Assembly: GCA_026025075.1 (NCBI GenBank)
Contig: JAPEUI010000023.1
Coordinates: forward strand, 1 to 64,000
DNA: 64,000 bases
Source: Vezdaea acicularis
Taxonomy: Eukaryota
Reading direction: 5' to 3'
Part shown: positions 28,693 through 41,501 of the stretch, piece by piece
Layout of the letters: each line of letters starts with the position of its first letter
Numbering within the stretch: the stretch's first letter is position 1
Position numbers and translations under genes: made by a program
The notes under the pieces: model-generated
Database searches by the model: none
Told to the model about the DNA's origin: nothing
Seen by the model: only the letters and a program-made list of their open reading frames with translations

Positions 28693-31436
28693 TTAACGAC
28701 CGTAAGAGAGGGCAAAGCGGCCGGGGGGAAAGCGATTAGCTGGTGCTGGACCAACAGCTGGGCCTGGACGAGTTGCAAAAGCAGGATTGCTGCAGAGTAA
28801 CCCGACACGAGATCCAAACTTCGACCCTCGGAGGGACACCATGTGCTTGCTAGTTTAAGTCAGCAGAAGGTTTCTCTACATGAAGGCCGCTTCGAGGTTA
28901 CCGGATATGACTTGCGACGGTTTCTCGATGCTGAGGGCTAGCATGGGTGAGAATCCACTGAATTAGGTAGTTCCCGTACTGATCGCTAGCAACTAGTTTT
29001 ATTTAGTTGAGAATAGGCATGTTTAGTAGAGAAAGACTTACTGTCAACAAGAGGGATACGTGGACGATCATGACGACCTTCACAGACACGTCCAAGGTAA
29101 CGCTCAAGAAAGTCATTGCCACCAATCTTCAAGCATTTCTCTACCACCTTAGAAGCGAATTGGTCCATACTGTATTCCGTTGCAAAATTGAGGACATGGT
29201 CAATTGCACGACTTTGATCGGCTGGTAGCCCATGCTCACAGATATGCTGGATGCACCAGTTGCCGAATTGCCCGTGGGCAACAAGGTCGATATTGCCGAG
29301 AACTTCATTTATGCACGGACGCTACAAACCTTTAGCTGGATTTGATGGTAAGAGGTTAAGGACTTTTACCTTATCTTCCTCAAGGCAATTCTCGAAAACA
29401 TTCTGAACTACAAGGCTACCTGTCTCTCCTAGAGCTACATCTGGCCAAAGTCCTCGAAGGGCGTCATTGACATAGGCCATGATTTGGGGAGGGGGCCCTT
29501 TCCAGCGTAACTCGAAAAGCTTTTGCCAAACATGACAGGCATAGCGATGGATCACAGTCTCCGGAATCTGCCGAAGAAGTTCGTGGACCATCACAGCTTT
29601 ATGCTCCTCAGGTACACAGTCAAATGCCTTCTGCACAACGTGACAGCCAAACGCGTCTTTGCTGAGGTTCAAGGTATTGCCGCGGATGGCGTTGGCAATA
29701 GAATTTATCTGAGCAGGAGTACCGTGCTCGAAGGCGCGCTGAACCAGGAAATTGCCAAAACGATTGATCATCAGAGGATAGCCTTGAGCTAGAATTGCTT
29801 CGATGATGTCGTATTTCTGTTCGAAGGTACCGACCTTGAGTTTCTGCTGGAGGAAGATCGATGCTTGCTGGTCATTGTTGCATACAATCTTGTCAACAAT
29901 ATACTTCCAGTCGCAAGAGATTGTCCGATCAAGCATGCGGCGATAATTAAGAGGCTCCATATTCGAAATGAAAGTCGGAACTTCGCTTGCAGGCGGCTGA
30001 AGATTATAAGGTAAATGATATACCAGAAGACCACGGGAATTGCATACCTGAGCATTCCAGGGTGTTATAGGTGCTGGGTTGATGTTAAACTCAGCGGCCA
30101 TGGGTGATAGAGGCGTACCGATTGGCTGAGGTTGGTAGGCTACTTGGCCATGATAAGGAGAAGGATTCTGGTAAGGAGGAATTTGTGGACTGAGACGACC
30201 AGTGATGTTCCACCCGCCATTTTGTTGGCTATGGAAGGGTCGAACTGGCTGCATTGGTGGCCCCATTGCAAAAGAAGGTTGACTAGCAGGACCAAATCCG
30301 ACAGGATTGATTGTACGAGTGATCTGAGTATTTGCGCGGCGGACTACATGTGTTTGCGGGGCATGACCGAAGGATGGCACATAGCGATTATCTGGAACAG
30401 CAGGGATTGAGGGACCAGAGAAGGCTCGATGCTGTGAATTGCCTGAATTAACACTTGGGGTAGCGGCACGACCATTGTAGAAACGAGCAGGTTCCTGAAT
30501 CCACTGATTGGATGATTGTTGAAGATGATGGTCGTTCGGAGCCATGTTATGAGCTCCTGAAGCCCTTCCTTGTTGGCCCCAGATACTCTGAGATGCGTTG
30601 TAGCCACCTAGAGACGTTGGGTCGCTAGCATCCGATACAGCATCATCATGCATCATCCATGAGGTGCGGCGACCATCCGTTCGTGTTGAGGCATTCAACG
30701 CTCCCTGCAAATTGCTAATTGTCTGCTCGCTAATGTTATCTGTGATTGGAAAGTTGACTTCAGATGGCCCTGCTAGCACTTGTTCAGCAGTGTTTTCGGC
30801 AATGCGGCTATGAGAGAGTTCTCGGTCCATACGAGCAATCTGACTATTGGCAGCTGAGAGTTGCTGCTTAAGTTGATCGAATTCATTGGCGTTGATCGGA
30901 GAAGTATCTCTGGGCAGATCGGGGCTGCCCGTACCTTCTACAGCCGCGGGACTATCGAAAGAAGCAGCGCCAATCATTTGAGGCGTTTCAGGCACAGAGT
31001 TCACCCTAGATGAAGTGGATACAGCGATATCCTGAGGGATACGGAGCGTTTTTTCACCAGTTTTATGAAGAGATAGCTGACTAGGTCTTTTCAGTACTTG
31101 CTTTTCCTTGATTTTAGTAAGGAGCTCTCGGACAGGATCCTGGAACAAGTCATCTTCAGTATGAGAAACACCTCTCGTATAAGGAGTCTATGTTATTCTT
31201 AGAGATTATAGCCAACTCCCATACATATGAGACTTACATTTGAGCCAGAGATAGAACGAGTGTCTGTATGGGCAATATTGTTGCTCATGGTCAATGTGGT
31301 AAGAGCGGACGGATCGTAAGATGTGACGGCGAGGTCCCGGTCGCACTCCGCCTGATGCAATAGTTAACGTCTACTCCACCTGGTGCGGATATTGGGCATT
31401 GGATAATGTTGTAGAACTTACCAAGAAAGCTTCCAT
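28693..31436 (-). CDS. Pumilio/PUF-repeat RNA-binding protein (Mcp2-like); start codon uncertain
   Basis: PUF repeats NDQQASIFLQQ, NRFGNFLVQR, DAFGCHVVQK, HRYACHVWQK, GQFGNWCIQH, DQFASKVVEK, DQYGNYLIQW across multiple exons. Confidence 0.9.
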
Positions 31437-32537
31437 TTGCGACAATGAGATTTTTCTACCTTGCTCTTCATGGATGTCAAAACTGGTAGAGCTATTGCGA
31501 CGATGCAATGAGTCTTTACCAAGCTCATTGTTGGCCATTATTTCCGCCAGCGTGCGAGGGAAGCTAGATGAACTTGGGTGGCTGACTTCCTTGCTCGAAG
31601 CCTGGCAGTTTGGAGAGATAGCTAGAATACGCTGTCTGAGGTGTCAGAGAAACAATCTGCTTATAGAAAGGCAGTGATGCTTTGAACAAGGCTGGCTCTA
31701 AGAACGAGCTTGGGGAAAAGCACAGGAGAAAATCTAGGTACGTTGAAAGGACTGTTAGGGAAGGGAAGCATACTAGAGACACCGGAAGAAAAATTCGCCC
31801 GGCAGAGCCTGCAGCGTGCTGAGAAGGACAAAGCCTGAAAGTTCAACAAGAGGAAACGCTCCTGCTGAAAACGTCAATAGGAAAGTATTACCTTCCAAAT
31901 GAGTATTAGGCAGCCGAGTTTGTCGACAAGAGTAATTCCAGAGATGGTAGAAGACCCAAGAGAAGATTTCGGCCTTCAATGTAGCGTTCACCTTATGGCA
32001 AAGTCAACGCGACGCAGTTGGGGAGGCCCAGTCAGTGACAGGGTGTTTGAGATGACGGCAACCTCAAGCGAATCGCGAAGACCGTTAAGGAAAGCACCTG
32101 TGCTTGCAAGTACATTTAAAGCGGCATGTAAGGCGCCCAGAGAACATGGAAAAAACGTAAGAAACACATTATAGCCATAACTAGCTATAACACCAGACTC
32201 GGCTCATACTAATGCAAGAAGATTGAGCTTGCATTGAGGCTACACACTCTATATCCACTCAGGTTCACTGGTATCTGAGTCAATGGATTCTACGCTTCTC
32301 ATAGATGCACGCTCCTTCAATGCAATTAGTATACAAGTCTCCACGTATGATCTCATACTCGCGCTGACGGGCTGGGAAACGAAGACTCTTGCTCGCTCCC
32401 TAATCCCGTTACTCTGGTAGTGCCCTATTCGGAAGAAGGCTTCTTGCCTATCGGGTATTTAGACTAGGGAGCTATCTTATGGACGATATCCATCGGATCA
32501 CGAAGTACACCATCTGTGCTCTAGAGAGAACAAGTTC

Positions 32538-33042
32538 TCAGCTTCGCTTTTTCGATTGGTTTTTCCTGGATTCTGCGCATTGAACGGGATACGTTAGTGA
32601 GACATGGGAGGACCGTTGAAAATGGCTGATCAAACCTGCTGCCGACTTCTTTTTCTTGGGTGCCCCTTTGCCCCTGAGCTTTTTCCTGAAGGATATATGT
32701 AAGCCTACTCTACTGTGAAGGTTCATTTAAGGGCCCAAGTCATACTGTTCTACAGATTCTAACCGTTCTTCCTCCTCATCATCCCAAGTCTCCATGTCTG
32801 GGAACAGATCCCGTAAATCTCTTATGGTGGCGACCCTTCGTGGATAGTAAGCCGCAACAGACGGCCCTTTCAGTCGCTGGCGCAAGATCTTGCTCCCTGT
32901 CCGAAGGCCTTCGGGATTGAAGGCGGTCGAAAAGATTCTACATTGAACCTTTGAAGCTGTTTAGTAATTGTATCTTCTGAAGGAAGGCCATCATGTGTAG
33001 TACTTTCAACAGGTCTAGAATTCGCTGCCTTGGGGCAGCCAT
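32538..33042 (-). CDS. RSM27: Mitochondrial small ribosomal subunit protein mS33 (Rsm27)
   Basis: Spliced MAAPRQRILDLLK|VQCRIFSTAFNPEGLRTGSKILRQRLKGPSVAAYYPR...KKLRGKGAPKKK. Confidence 0.92.
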
Positions 33043-33311
33043 GGGGTTCTGGGCCCTTATAAACCTTTCTAATTGCGTTCAGATGTAGATTAGTCGGAGG
33101 GCAGAGTATGCATGTTGTTCTTGAGGCTTTTCGGCTAGATCCGGTAGCGTCCCCTGATCAATGAGAATACAAATCACGGGATTTGGCTAGTAACGGCATT
33201 CCACTTTGAGCTAGGGATACAACTGTACGGGTCTCGATTTTTACTTTCTGGAGTTTTTTCCATTGATAGACTTCTTCTAACCTTTCGATCTTATTTGAAT
33301 TGACCGTGACT

Positions 33312-34325
33312 ATGGGTGGGAAGCGGAAACGCCAAAATTCTTTGTGCAATATACATGGCAGCTACTCGGATGTGAGTGGTTGCCTCGATGATGATGACAG
33401 AACTCATGAACTATAGGCGGATAACTCTTCAGCTCGGCGTACAGACTCAAATGCGGTCGTCCCTTTAGCGGAAAATTTTCAAACGCATCTACGCCCAAAT
33501 GTACCTGCGTACAGACCTACCAACGCTGTTGCGGAGCAGCGTAGACTTCCACACCTCCCTCCAATCTCGAACACCGACCTTAGGCAGGCTGTCTTTACGC
33601 ATCAAGGAGCTTTGAAGGCTGAAGACGCTAAACATGAAGATAGCTATGAGCGTCTGGAGATTCTCGGGGATGCATATATTGAAGTAATAGCATCTCGCAT
33701 AATTTTTGAGAGATTCAAGGACCTCTCAGCCGGCCGTCTAAGTCAGGTCCGAGAATTCCTTGTCAAAAATGAGACGCTGGCTAGATTCTCTAGGGACTAT
33801 GGCTTGCATCGTAAGATCAAGCTTCCGCCAGATCTTGCCCAAGAGATCCACAATTCTAGCAGCAAAGTGACCACAAAAATTCTCGGTGATGTTTTTGAAG
33901 CATATGTGGCTGGGGTCATTCAATCATCACCCGAAACTGGTTTCAGTATCGCGGAAACATGGCTGGGTCAACTCTGGGAAGCGCGGCTGCTCGAGTTTGA
34001 TGCCGAAACCGAAAGTACTAAGAGCTACAAACAAGACCTTATGAGGAAAGTGGGTGGCAAGAAGGTGAAGGTGTCCTACGAAGAGAGTAAGCCTCCTAAC
34101 CAAGTTCGAGATAGGCCTGGACAATTAGAGTATCATGTTGAGGTTTACCTCAACGGCTGGGGCTGGAATCATCGGTTGCTCGGGTCAGGAACGGGCAGAA
34201 GCAAGCAAGATGCCGGACACCGCGCAGCCTCTATGGCACTGAAGAATAAAGAGCTGATGGACGAAATAGAGGCTGTGAAAGCAGAGAAGTACCAGGTGAG
34301 CTCTTTATCTAGAGACTCGAAATGA
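33312..34325 (+). CDS. Ribonuclease III with dsRNA-binding domain (Rnt1/Pac1-like)
   Basis: AVFTH...YERLEILGDAY signature, GDVFEAYVAG, dsRBD-like GSGTGRSKQDAGHRAA; a short upstream exon from 33312 splices in frame. 3' end uncertain. Confidence 0.9.
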
Positions 34326-34444
34326 GGTCGGTCACGTTGAGTACGCATCATTGTCATTGACGGCTTTCACGTTCACCTGAGGTACTACAGAACCTCTTGC
34401 CCACATTCAATTCGACAAGGTTAGATTTAATTTTGTTTTCCCGT

Positions 34445-35049
34445 TCAATCCTTCTCCCACGGTTTTCGTCTCCTATGCGTCATGCCTTCGCTCTTCTCTC
34501 CTTCCAAAATTGTGTCCGGAATATGTTTGATGCCGGGTATTGGCCGACCGGAGGTGATTAGTTCCACGATATGCGCGAATGATATCGGATATGGCGCGGC
34601 TGGGTCAGAAGGGATATCTCCGGCGTGTTGGGAAGCTTGGTCGCTTTGTCTCGATGTATTCAAGGATATGCTGGTCTCAACTCTAGGGTTTCCAAGGGTC
34701 GAACTATTCTCCTGATGCCATTGCTTATAGACATTGGAGTCAAGAGATATATTGTGCTTACTATAAAGCTCAAGCATTAAAACATGTACAAAACCAACTT
34801 CACGTGTCATACCGAGAGTAGTAAAAGCAACGCGCTCGAAGGGTCAGCTCTTGGGTGTGGCAAGACGCAGACGATGAGCCTAAGATTGATGCGAGCCCGG
34901 TCTGGAATGAATCAATGCAATCCTTTGATCAATCTTGAATTGTTCTTTAGACTGACTTGAAACTCAGCGTCCTCGTCCCAATCATAAGCATCCAATTCTT
35001 TGAAATGCTCTAAAGTCTCACCCGAGACAGACTTTGATAGTGTTGCCAT
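34445..35049 (-). CDS. Pex39-like (DUF5572-type) small protein with C-terminal KPWE motif
   Basis: Three exons: MATLSK...FKELDAYDWDEDAEFQ|TGLASIL...RARCFYYSR|K...PYPISFAHIVELITSGRPIPGIKHIPDT...RKPWEKD*. Confidence 0.75.
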
Positions 35050-35398
35050 GCTTTGTAGATCGCCCAGAGTGCCAGACAATCATTGGAGAGCTTCCATGGG
35101 TGTTAGTGTTAAGGCTGAGGATGCTTAATGCGTATATCTGATCATAGGAGTTGGCGTATGCCATGATCATATGTTCGCGTAAGTTAGCCCACCTGGAATC
35201 CCTGCCGAAGGGCATTGTGCACTGTGTTGAAACCAGCCTATTTCTACCGCACGTAACATTTCATTCTTACGTCCTTTTCTTTTAACATAGTCAAGAGTTA
35301 ATTGTTCGTACATTCCACTCGCAGCGTTTCACACGTAACGCTCAGCATCGGCATAATTTTCTATTCCAAATACCAAGTTCGACCCGTAAAGTTTTCAA

Positions 35399-37554
35399 AT
35401 GGCGGAGTACCTGGGGTCAGTTGTTCCTAAGTAGGCTGGAGTCGAGCTGTACTGAACCCACCATCGTACTAGGTCGCGCATATCACTGCTTTCCAATAGC
35501 GATATTCGGTAAGTTATTCAAACCTTTCAATATCTCAACCGACCTCTAATATCAATTAACACAGCTACGTTGGCACCCTGCACGAAATCAGCTCTGAAAA
35601 CGCAACCGTTGCACTTGAGAATGTCCGATCGTTTGGGACAGAGGGTCGTCGAAATGGAGACGATGAAATTCCACCCGCAGACACAATATATGAGTATATT
35701 GTTTTTCGCGGTAGTGATGTGAAAGATTTAAGGATTGAGGAGGCGCCGACTGTAAAGGAGAACGTGGCTCCGCCGCAAATGCCAAACGACCCAGCAATTC
35801 TTGGCGTAAGTATTGATTTCCACTTCACGCAATGGAGCCTTAGCATGGCACCTCAGCACTGCTCTACCTTGCTAGTGCATTGTTCTCATGATTAAATATT
35901 CCGGATGTAAACTCATTATTCCACCGAGAGCGCAAAACCATGTGGATACTTCCGTTGCCTTCCTTATGATGTTATCACTTCTCTTCAGCTAGTCCACAGG
36001 ATCATGGAGGCTCGAGGAGGCTAATATCATTTTTAGAGCGGTCCTCGCCCTTCTCAAACATCTCAACAGATTCCGCAGAACCAAAACAGTAATCGAAGCA
36101 TATCTGGCCAAACAGCTCAACCAGGCAGCTCTGGATTTCAAGACTATCAACAAGGACGACCTCCACACTTTCAGGGTCAACCTCCATTCCAGTACCCTTA
36201 TCCACCACCTCCTGGGCGAGGCTTTGGCCCTCAAGGTGGTCCACCAGGAGGGCCAGGGTTTCCAGGGATGCCCTATGGTGCTCCACTGGGGTGGTATCCT
36301 CCGCCAGGCCAGGGTTTCCATCCCGGAAGCTATCCTCCGCATTTCCCGCCTCAAGGCCTACAGGGTCCTGAAGGGTCTCATGCTCCACTTCAACAGCAAC
36401 CTCAGGCCGAATCTAAACAGACGCAGAAGCAACCTTCAGCGGCGACAGATACCCCAATGTCTGCTAATGAGGTAACAAACTCTCAGCAGCAAGCTTCTGC
36501 CAAGCTGCCAACCAACCAAGGACCTTTGAAGGAACAAGGAGGGCAACAAACAAGCCTGGAAGCCCCACGGCCGCCGCTGGAGTCGAAGCCAAGTGTGCAA
36601 ACTGCCCTTGCTCCACCTGCGCAACAGGTTAATGAGGCTACGCATATGCCTAAGACGGCCAAAGTACCTGCGACGGGTTCTGTCAGCGGTCGTATCCTCC
36701 CAGCCGTTCCGATTGCTACCGCGAGCGTGAAGATCACGAAGTCTAATGGCTGGACTGCAGTTTCTGGTGGGCCAAAGCAAGTACGACCAAACCAAGGTGC
36801 GACAAATGAAGCCATTGAGAATGCAACACAAGCAGCTACCGCGGCTGTAGCAGCTGCCATGGCTAAGTTACCGCCTGCGCCTAATCAGCAGAAGCAACAG
36901 TCAAGTACTAATCCTGTAGATAACCTCACGCAAAAGGTTAATGAAATGCGCACAAACGATCATGCTCGTCAGACACGCCAGCACATAGGAGGAAATGAAG
37001 GACCTAGCGGCCGAGGTCGCGGCGGCCGCAGAGGTGGCAGCCACCCCCGTGCTTGGAACGTAGACGTCCCCAAGACAGATTACGATTTCGAGTCCGCAAA
37101 CGCGAAGTTCAACAAACAAGACCTTGTGAAGGAGGCAATCGCGACAGGATCGCCCACTGAAGGATCTGTGGCAAACGGACCTAATGGAGCATCTGCCAGC
37201 GGCATATCTCAGGACGAGGACAGCACTGGTGCTTCGGCAACACCATCATATAACAAATCGAGCTCCTTCTTTGATAACATCTCCAGTGAGAGTAAAGAAC
37301 GCGAAGGGTCTGATGGGAAGCGTCAAGGAGGCCGTGAGAGGCGCGGTGAGGAAACGAAGAAGAATTTCGAAACGTTTGGTCAAGGAAGTGTTGATAATGG
37401 CCATCGGGGAGGCTTCCGAGGTCGCAGTAGGGGCCGTGGCTTAGGTTATCGTGGGCGCGGAGGATTTGGTAGTGCTCGAGGAGGTCGTGGGGGACCTCGC
37501 GGGCCTCGCAACCCCAATCCGACCGCTAGCGCTCCCACTGAAGCTAGTGCGTAA
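35399..37554 (+). CDS. SCD6: Scd6/Lsm14/Sum2 translational repressor
   Basis: Lsm domain GSRISLLSNSDIRYVGTLHEI..FGTEGR..YEYIVFRGSDVKDL; DYDFESANAKF (DFDF), SFFDNIS (FFD), NFETFG (TFG) and RGG motifs. Confidence 0.95.
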
Positions 37555-38185
37555 AGCTGGTTCTCTATTTAATGCACTGGAAGTGTTCGGAGGCTCCTTG
37601 GGTTTTCTGCGGGGTATTCCGTCTGTACTATCACTCGCGATGGCTCTCTTTGTTTTAACTGCGGCGAGGCATGGCTAGGTACTAAAGTACGAGCATTGCG
37701 TGGGAATCATTCTAATGATAGTCTCTTTCGGCGTGGCATATTATCCATGGCTCTGAGGCATGGCCTGCTGATCTGGCTCTTTCAAGGGGGATCGTTGTTG
37801 TTCTAATTACCGCTCACTATGGTTGAAAAACATCCATGCACGACGTCTTTAGGATACTTGGTTGATTCATCTCGCTGCACGTGCTTGCCCTCATTAACGT
37901 AAAGGATTATGGCTTGGTCCATTCAAATGTTTGCGGGGGCATCCTCTCTCTTCCTTCTCGTAGCCTACAACTGCTGTGTTCCTCTCTTTACCTTGACATA
38001 TATAGCAATCGAATGTACAGTACTATGAAGCTTAAATGTCTATCGATTGTTTCATCATTCTGTCCTTTCCGTTACCGATAATGGACCCATAAGCAGAGAG
38101 CAAGCTTAGGCATCTGCTTCTTTGGCGGTCAAATTTCATCCATATCAACGCAATCTCATACAAACATCGTGTTATGCCCTAATAT

Positions 38186-40737
38186 CTACAATATGGCGCT
38201 CAAGACTCGTGCTTGCAGCGCAGCAGCAGCTTCATCCTTCAGTCTGACCAGTTTCTGAAGTTCTAAATATTCTACCTTCCAGTTCGTATTTCCATTCACA
38301 CTACTTGACTCAATAAAATTATCGACCTCTTGATCATTATTCCCGGTACGCTCAGTTGACTTCTTCAAGTCGCCGTCCAGGCTTAGGCCCGCTAATTTGA
38401 ATTCCGCGGTCAACTTTCCTTGTAGTATCGTCCATTCGATGTCAACAAGCTCTGGTCGCCGCGCTCCGGCAACCACATTAACCTTACCTTCCTTCGTATT
38501 ACTGGCCTCTTTATTCCTTCTAATTCGTAAGGAAGAACACTCTAACAGCGCCTGATCGCTTTCTTCTGTTGGTAACCCGAGACATAATGCAGCTTCCAGT
38601 AGCACCGCATCTGGAGACGCCTTCCCATTCGATCGGATCCGAAATGATTGGAGAATATGGGCTGCTAAGTCTTTTGCTTCGTCAACGCTAAGATGTGGAG
38701 AGCTTTCTAGCATATCTGCCTGTAAGAGCTTGATGGTGAGACTCCTTTCTGCTTGAACAACATCTAGAGGTTGAACTGAGCCCAAAGCAGGAGTAGTGGG
38801 GAGTTTGCTGTGAAGCTTCGATGAAGCAGTCTCCCTGCTCGGTGAGGTAGGTATTATGTCTTTCGAAGAGCTGCGCATTCTCCTATGCAAGGCTTGTCGT
38901 GGAGGCGAGCTGTTTGTGCCCGCTGCAAGTGGACTACTGTTACTGGAAAGGGGAAATGGACGTGTTTCGCTTTCTCCATTCACTAGTACTGTTGGTGTCG
39001 CCAGCCTTACAGGGCCACCAAGGCGTTGCGGCACTTGTAGATGCAAATTTGAAGGCTTTCCGCCTAAGGACTGTGCCCGCAGAGGTGATTTAACATTACT
39101 TAGTGGGAAGTTGAATTGGGAGTGTTCGGAGGTTTCATTCAGACTAGATATCGGCGTTGGAACGGTAGGACTACCTTGGAGATCAATTGTCGGCCCCTCC
39201 TTTGTTTTAGGGTTTGCAGGAAAGGTACTGAAAGGTCCGTCACGTACGGATCGATTGCTTGGCGGTCTTCCACGGAGCTTTCCAGTGACAGGGTTGCCAC
39301 TACTCGGCCAAGCAGAAGAGACCGCCGGTCCGTGCCGTCGACGTGAGCGGCCCTTACTTGACGGCGTTATAGCAGACTGCGGTTCATCAAATTCAGGGGT
39401 TGCAGTCCGAGGGGTGATTGCCGACTGTGGATGTGGTGTTGAAGGCGTAACCTCGCGCCCACTAAGACGCCAGCGGAAATGCTGCACGGGTGTATTGGCC
39501 GTAGCAGGATGAGCGGAATTGGCAGCTCCAGCTGTCGCGGTAACCACAGAGGAAGGAGTCATCGCTGAAGCCGCTGTCCAGGAATCCAGATTCTCTACGT
39601 AGCTCTCTATATCGTCATTCTGCGATGAAGAAGGAAGCCCACTATGAGGAAATAAGGCAGAGTGAGCGCTGGAGAACGAATCGACGTCCGGCGTCGTAGT
39701 AGTGTCGAGATGTAGACGCTTTGCTACTGGAGACAGCGCCTTGTCACCATCGTCCTTATCTTCGGTCTTCCGGCGTCCGCGTTTAGGGCGAGATTCAGGG
39801 TGCAGAGCCCGCAATGCAAGGTCTTCTTCCATTGGAACCCCATCTCGCCCATGCTCGGGATACGGGGCAGCGGGTGACGGTATCTGGGTGTAATAGGGAT
39901 GTGACTTTCGCAAGCAGAATTCGAAGAAAGCATCAACATGCATGGCGTGCATCCATCGCTATGTTACGTTGGTCATTCCATATTCCGCGACTCATTGACT
40001 CATAGAGGGTTAGTTCTCACCTTGAGTCGGACAGCATATTGCTGTACTTTCTGTGTGCTCTGGTTCTTTCCAATTACGGGGGGCTCTACGCCAAGGTTTA
40101 TTGCCAATTGTGTCCAAGTCTTGAGCTCCTTGTTTTCTAGCTGTCGAATCAGTTCCAAAAGCGTATATGTGCTGAAGTTCTTCCCGTCACTCTTGGGTGG
40201 AGCGCGAAAGCTCCGTCTTAATTCCGTAGTATCTGTCGACAAATCAACAGAAGGGTTGCAATACAAGATAAACTCTACGTATGCATCATCAATTGTATCG
40301 TCAGTGACATCTCTTGATGGTAGGGCCCGATCTGTAGGAGAGAACGCAGAGAAGTACTTGGATGAGCTGCTCTGCGGAATAGCTGGGAAACGGGCTGATA
40401 TGGTTGAGGAGGGATCTGTGGGCGTGGATGAGAATAGACCAGCGCGGCCGGTGTCTGTGACAAATTGTCGGGAGAACTGCTGTGGATTGACAACACTGTT
40501 GCGTTGGGACTGTACATTGGACGAAGTATTGGAAGGTATATCTATGTCATCTGGACTTCCGCCGGAAAGGCCTTCGTTCTCCAATGACGGGTCAATTGCC
40601 TGGTATTGAGAATGAGAAAAGTTTTGGCTACCGCCTGCACGTAGATCGGGTTGGTGATCATTGTGGTTTGATAACTGTCTAGCAAGATCACCGTCATCAT
40701 CATCCTCTTCGCCTGAATGATGGTAATGCTCGTCCAT
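38186..40737 (-). CDS. ARS-binding protein 2 (Abp2) family
   Basis: LPSRDVTDDTIDDAYVEFILYCNP..TWTQLAINLGVEPP..STQKVQQYAVRLK|RWMHAMHVDAFFEF; AT-hook-like RPKRGRR and LRGRPP. Confidence 0.88.
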
Positions 40738-41501
40738 ACTAGCCGCAGGTGCACCAAGAAATCGTAAGGAACCTTCGGATTGCTTTAACTCCAGAGCAGC
40801 GCTCTCCAGCGCAATTAAGATTTACACCGTACGCCAAGTCATGACCAATGCGCCATTGACGGAAATTTGGCCGCCGACGATGTAAGGTTATCCTCAGACC
40901 CAGCTTCGCCTTGAGAGCTGAAGCCGAATGCGACAGCTTGCTTATAAGCTTTCACACCTGCAACAGAGACGCACCTCACTAAAGGGGCGTCGGAATGGCG
41001 CCCGTCTTAGGATTTTTAAGTTTCAGAATGCAATTAATGCAGAGGTCCGAAAAGGTTGGATGGAATGGTAGTTAAAAGTTACTCAATAGGAAGTGGGGAG
41101 TTGTTCTACGAAGCCAATTTTGCTTCCAAATGCGAACACTACTGAAGTCACTGGTCATGCGGGTTTTCTGGCTTCAATCTGCAAAACGCAAATTATTATA
41201 CATCCTCAAGCTCGGAATCCTCTTATTTTGATTATGAGAATGGCTTCATATAAATTCAATACTGGAACGGAGTGACAGCGTTGTTTCTACGGCTTCTTAG
41301 CGGTTAAGTGCCTGTGCGCGCGATGCCGAGGTCCTATCAGTTGTCCCGCACATGCGATCTGTTGAAAGACTCATAGTCAAGAATGCGACTCTACGCGCGC
41401 CCCTCCCTTCACAGTTCTGGCAGCTCAACACAAAATCGGTCACAAGCTGGAACTCATGTAAACTTTTGATTTGTGACAAGGAGTATCAATACCAAATAGT
41501 C

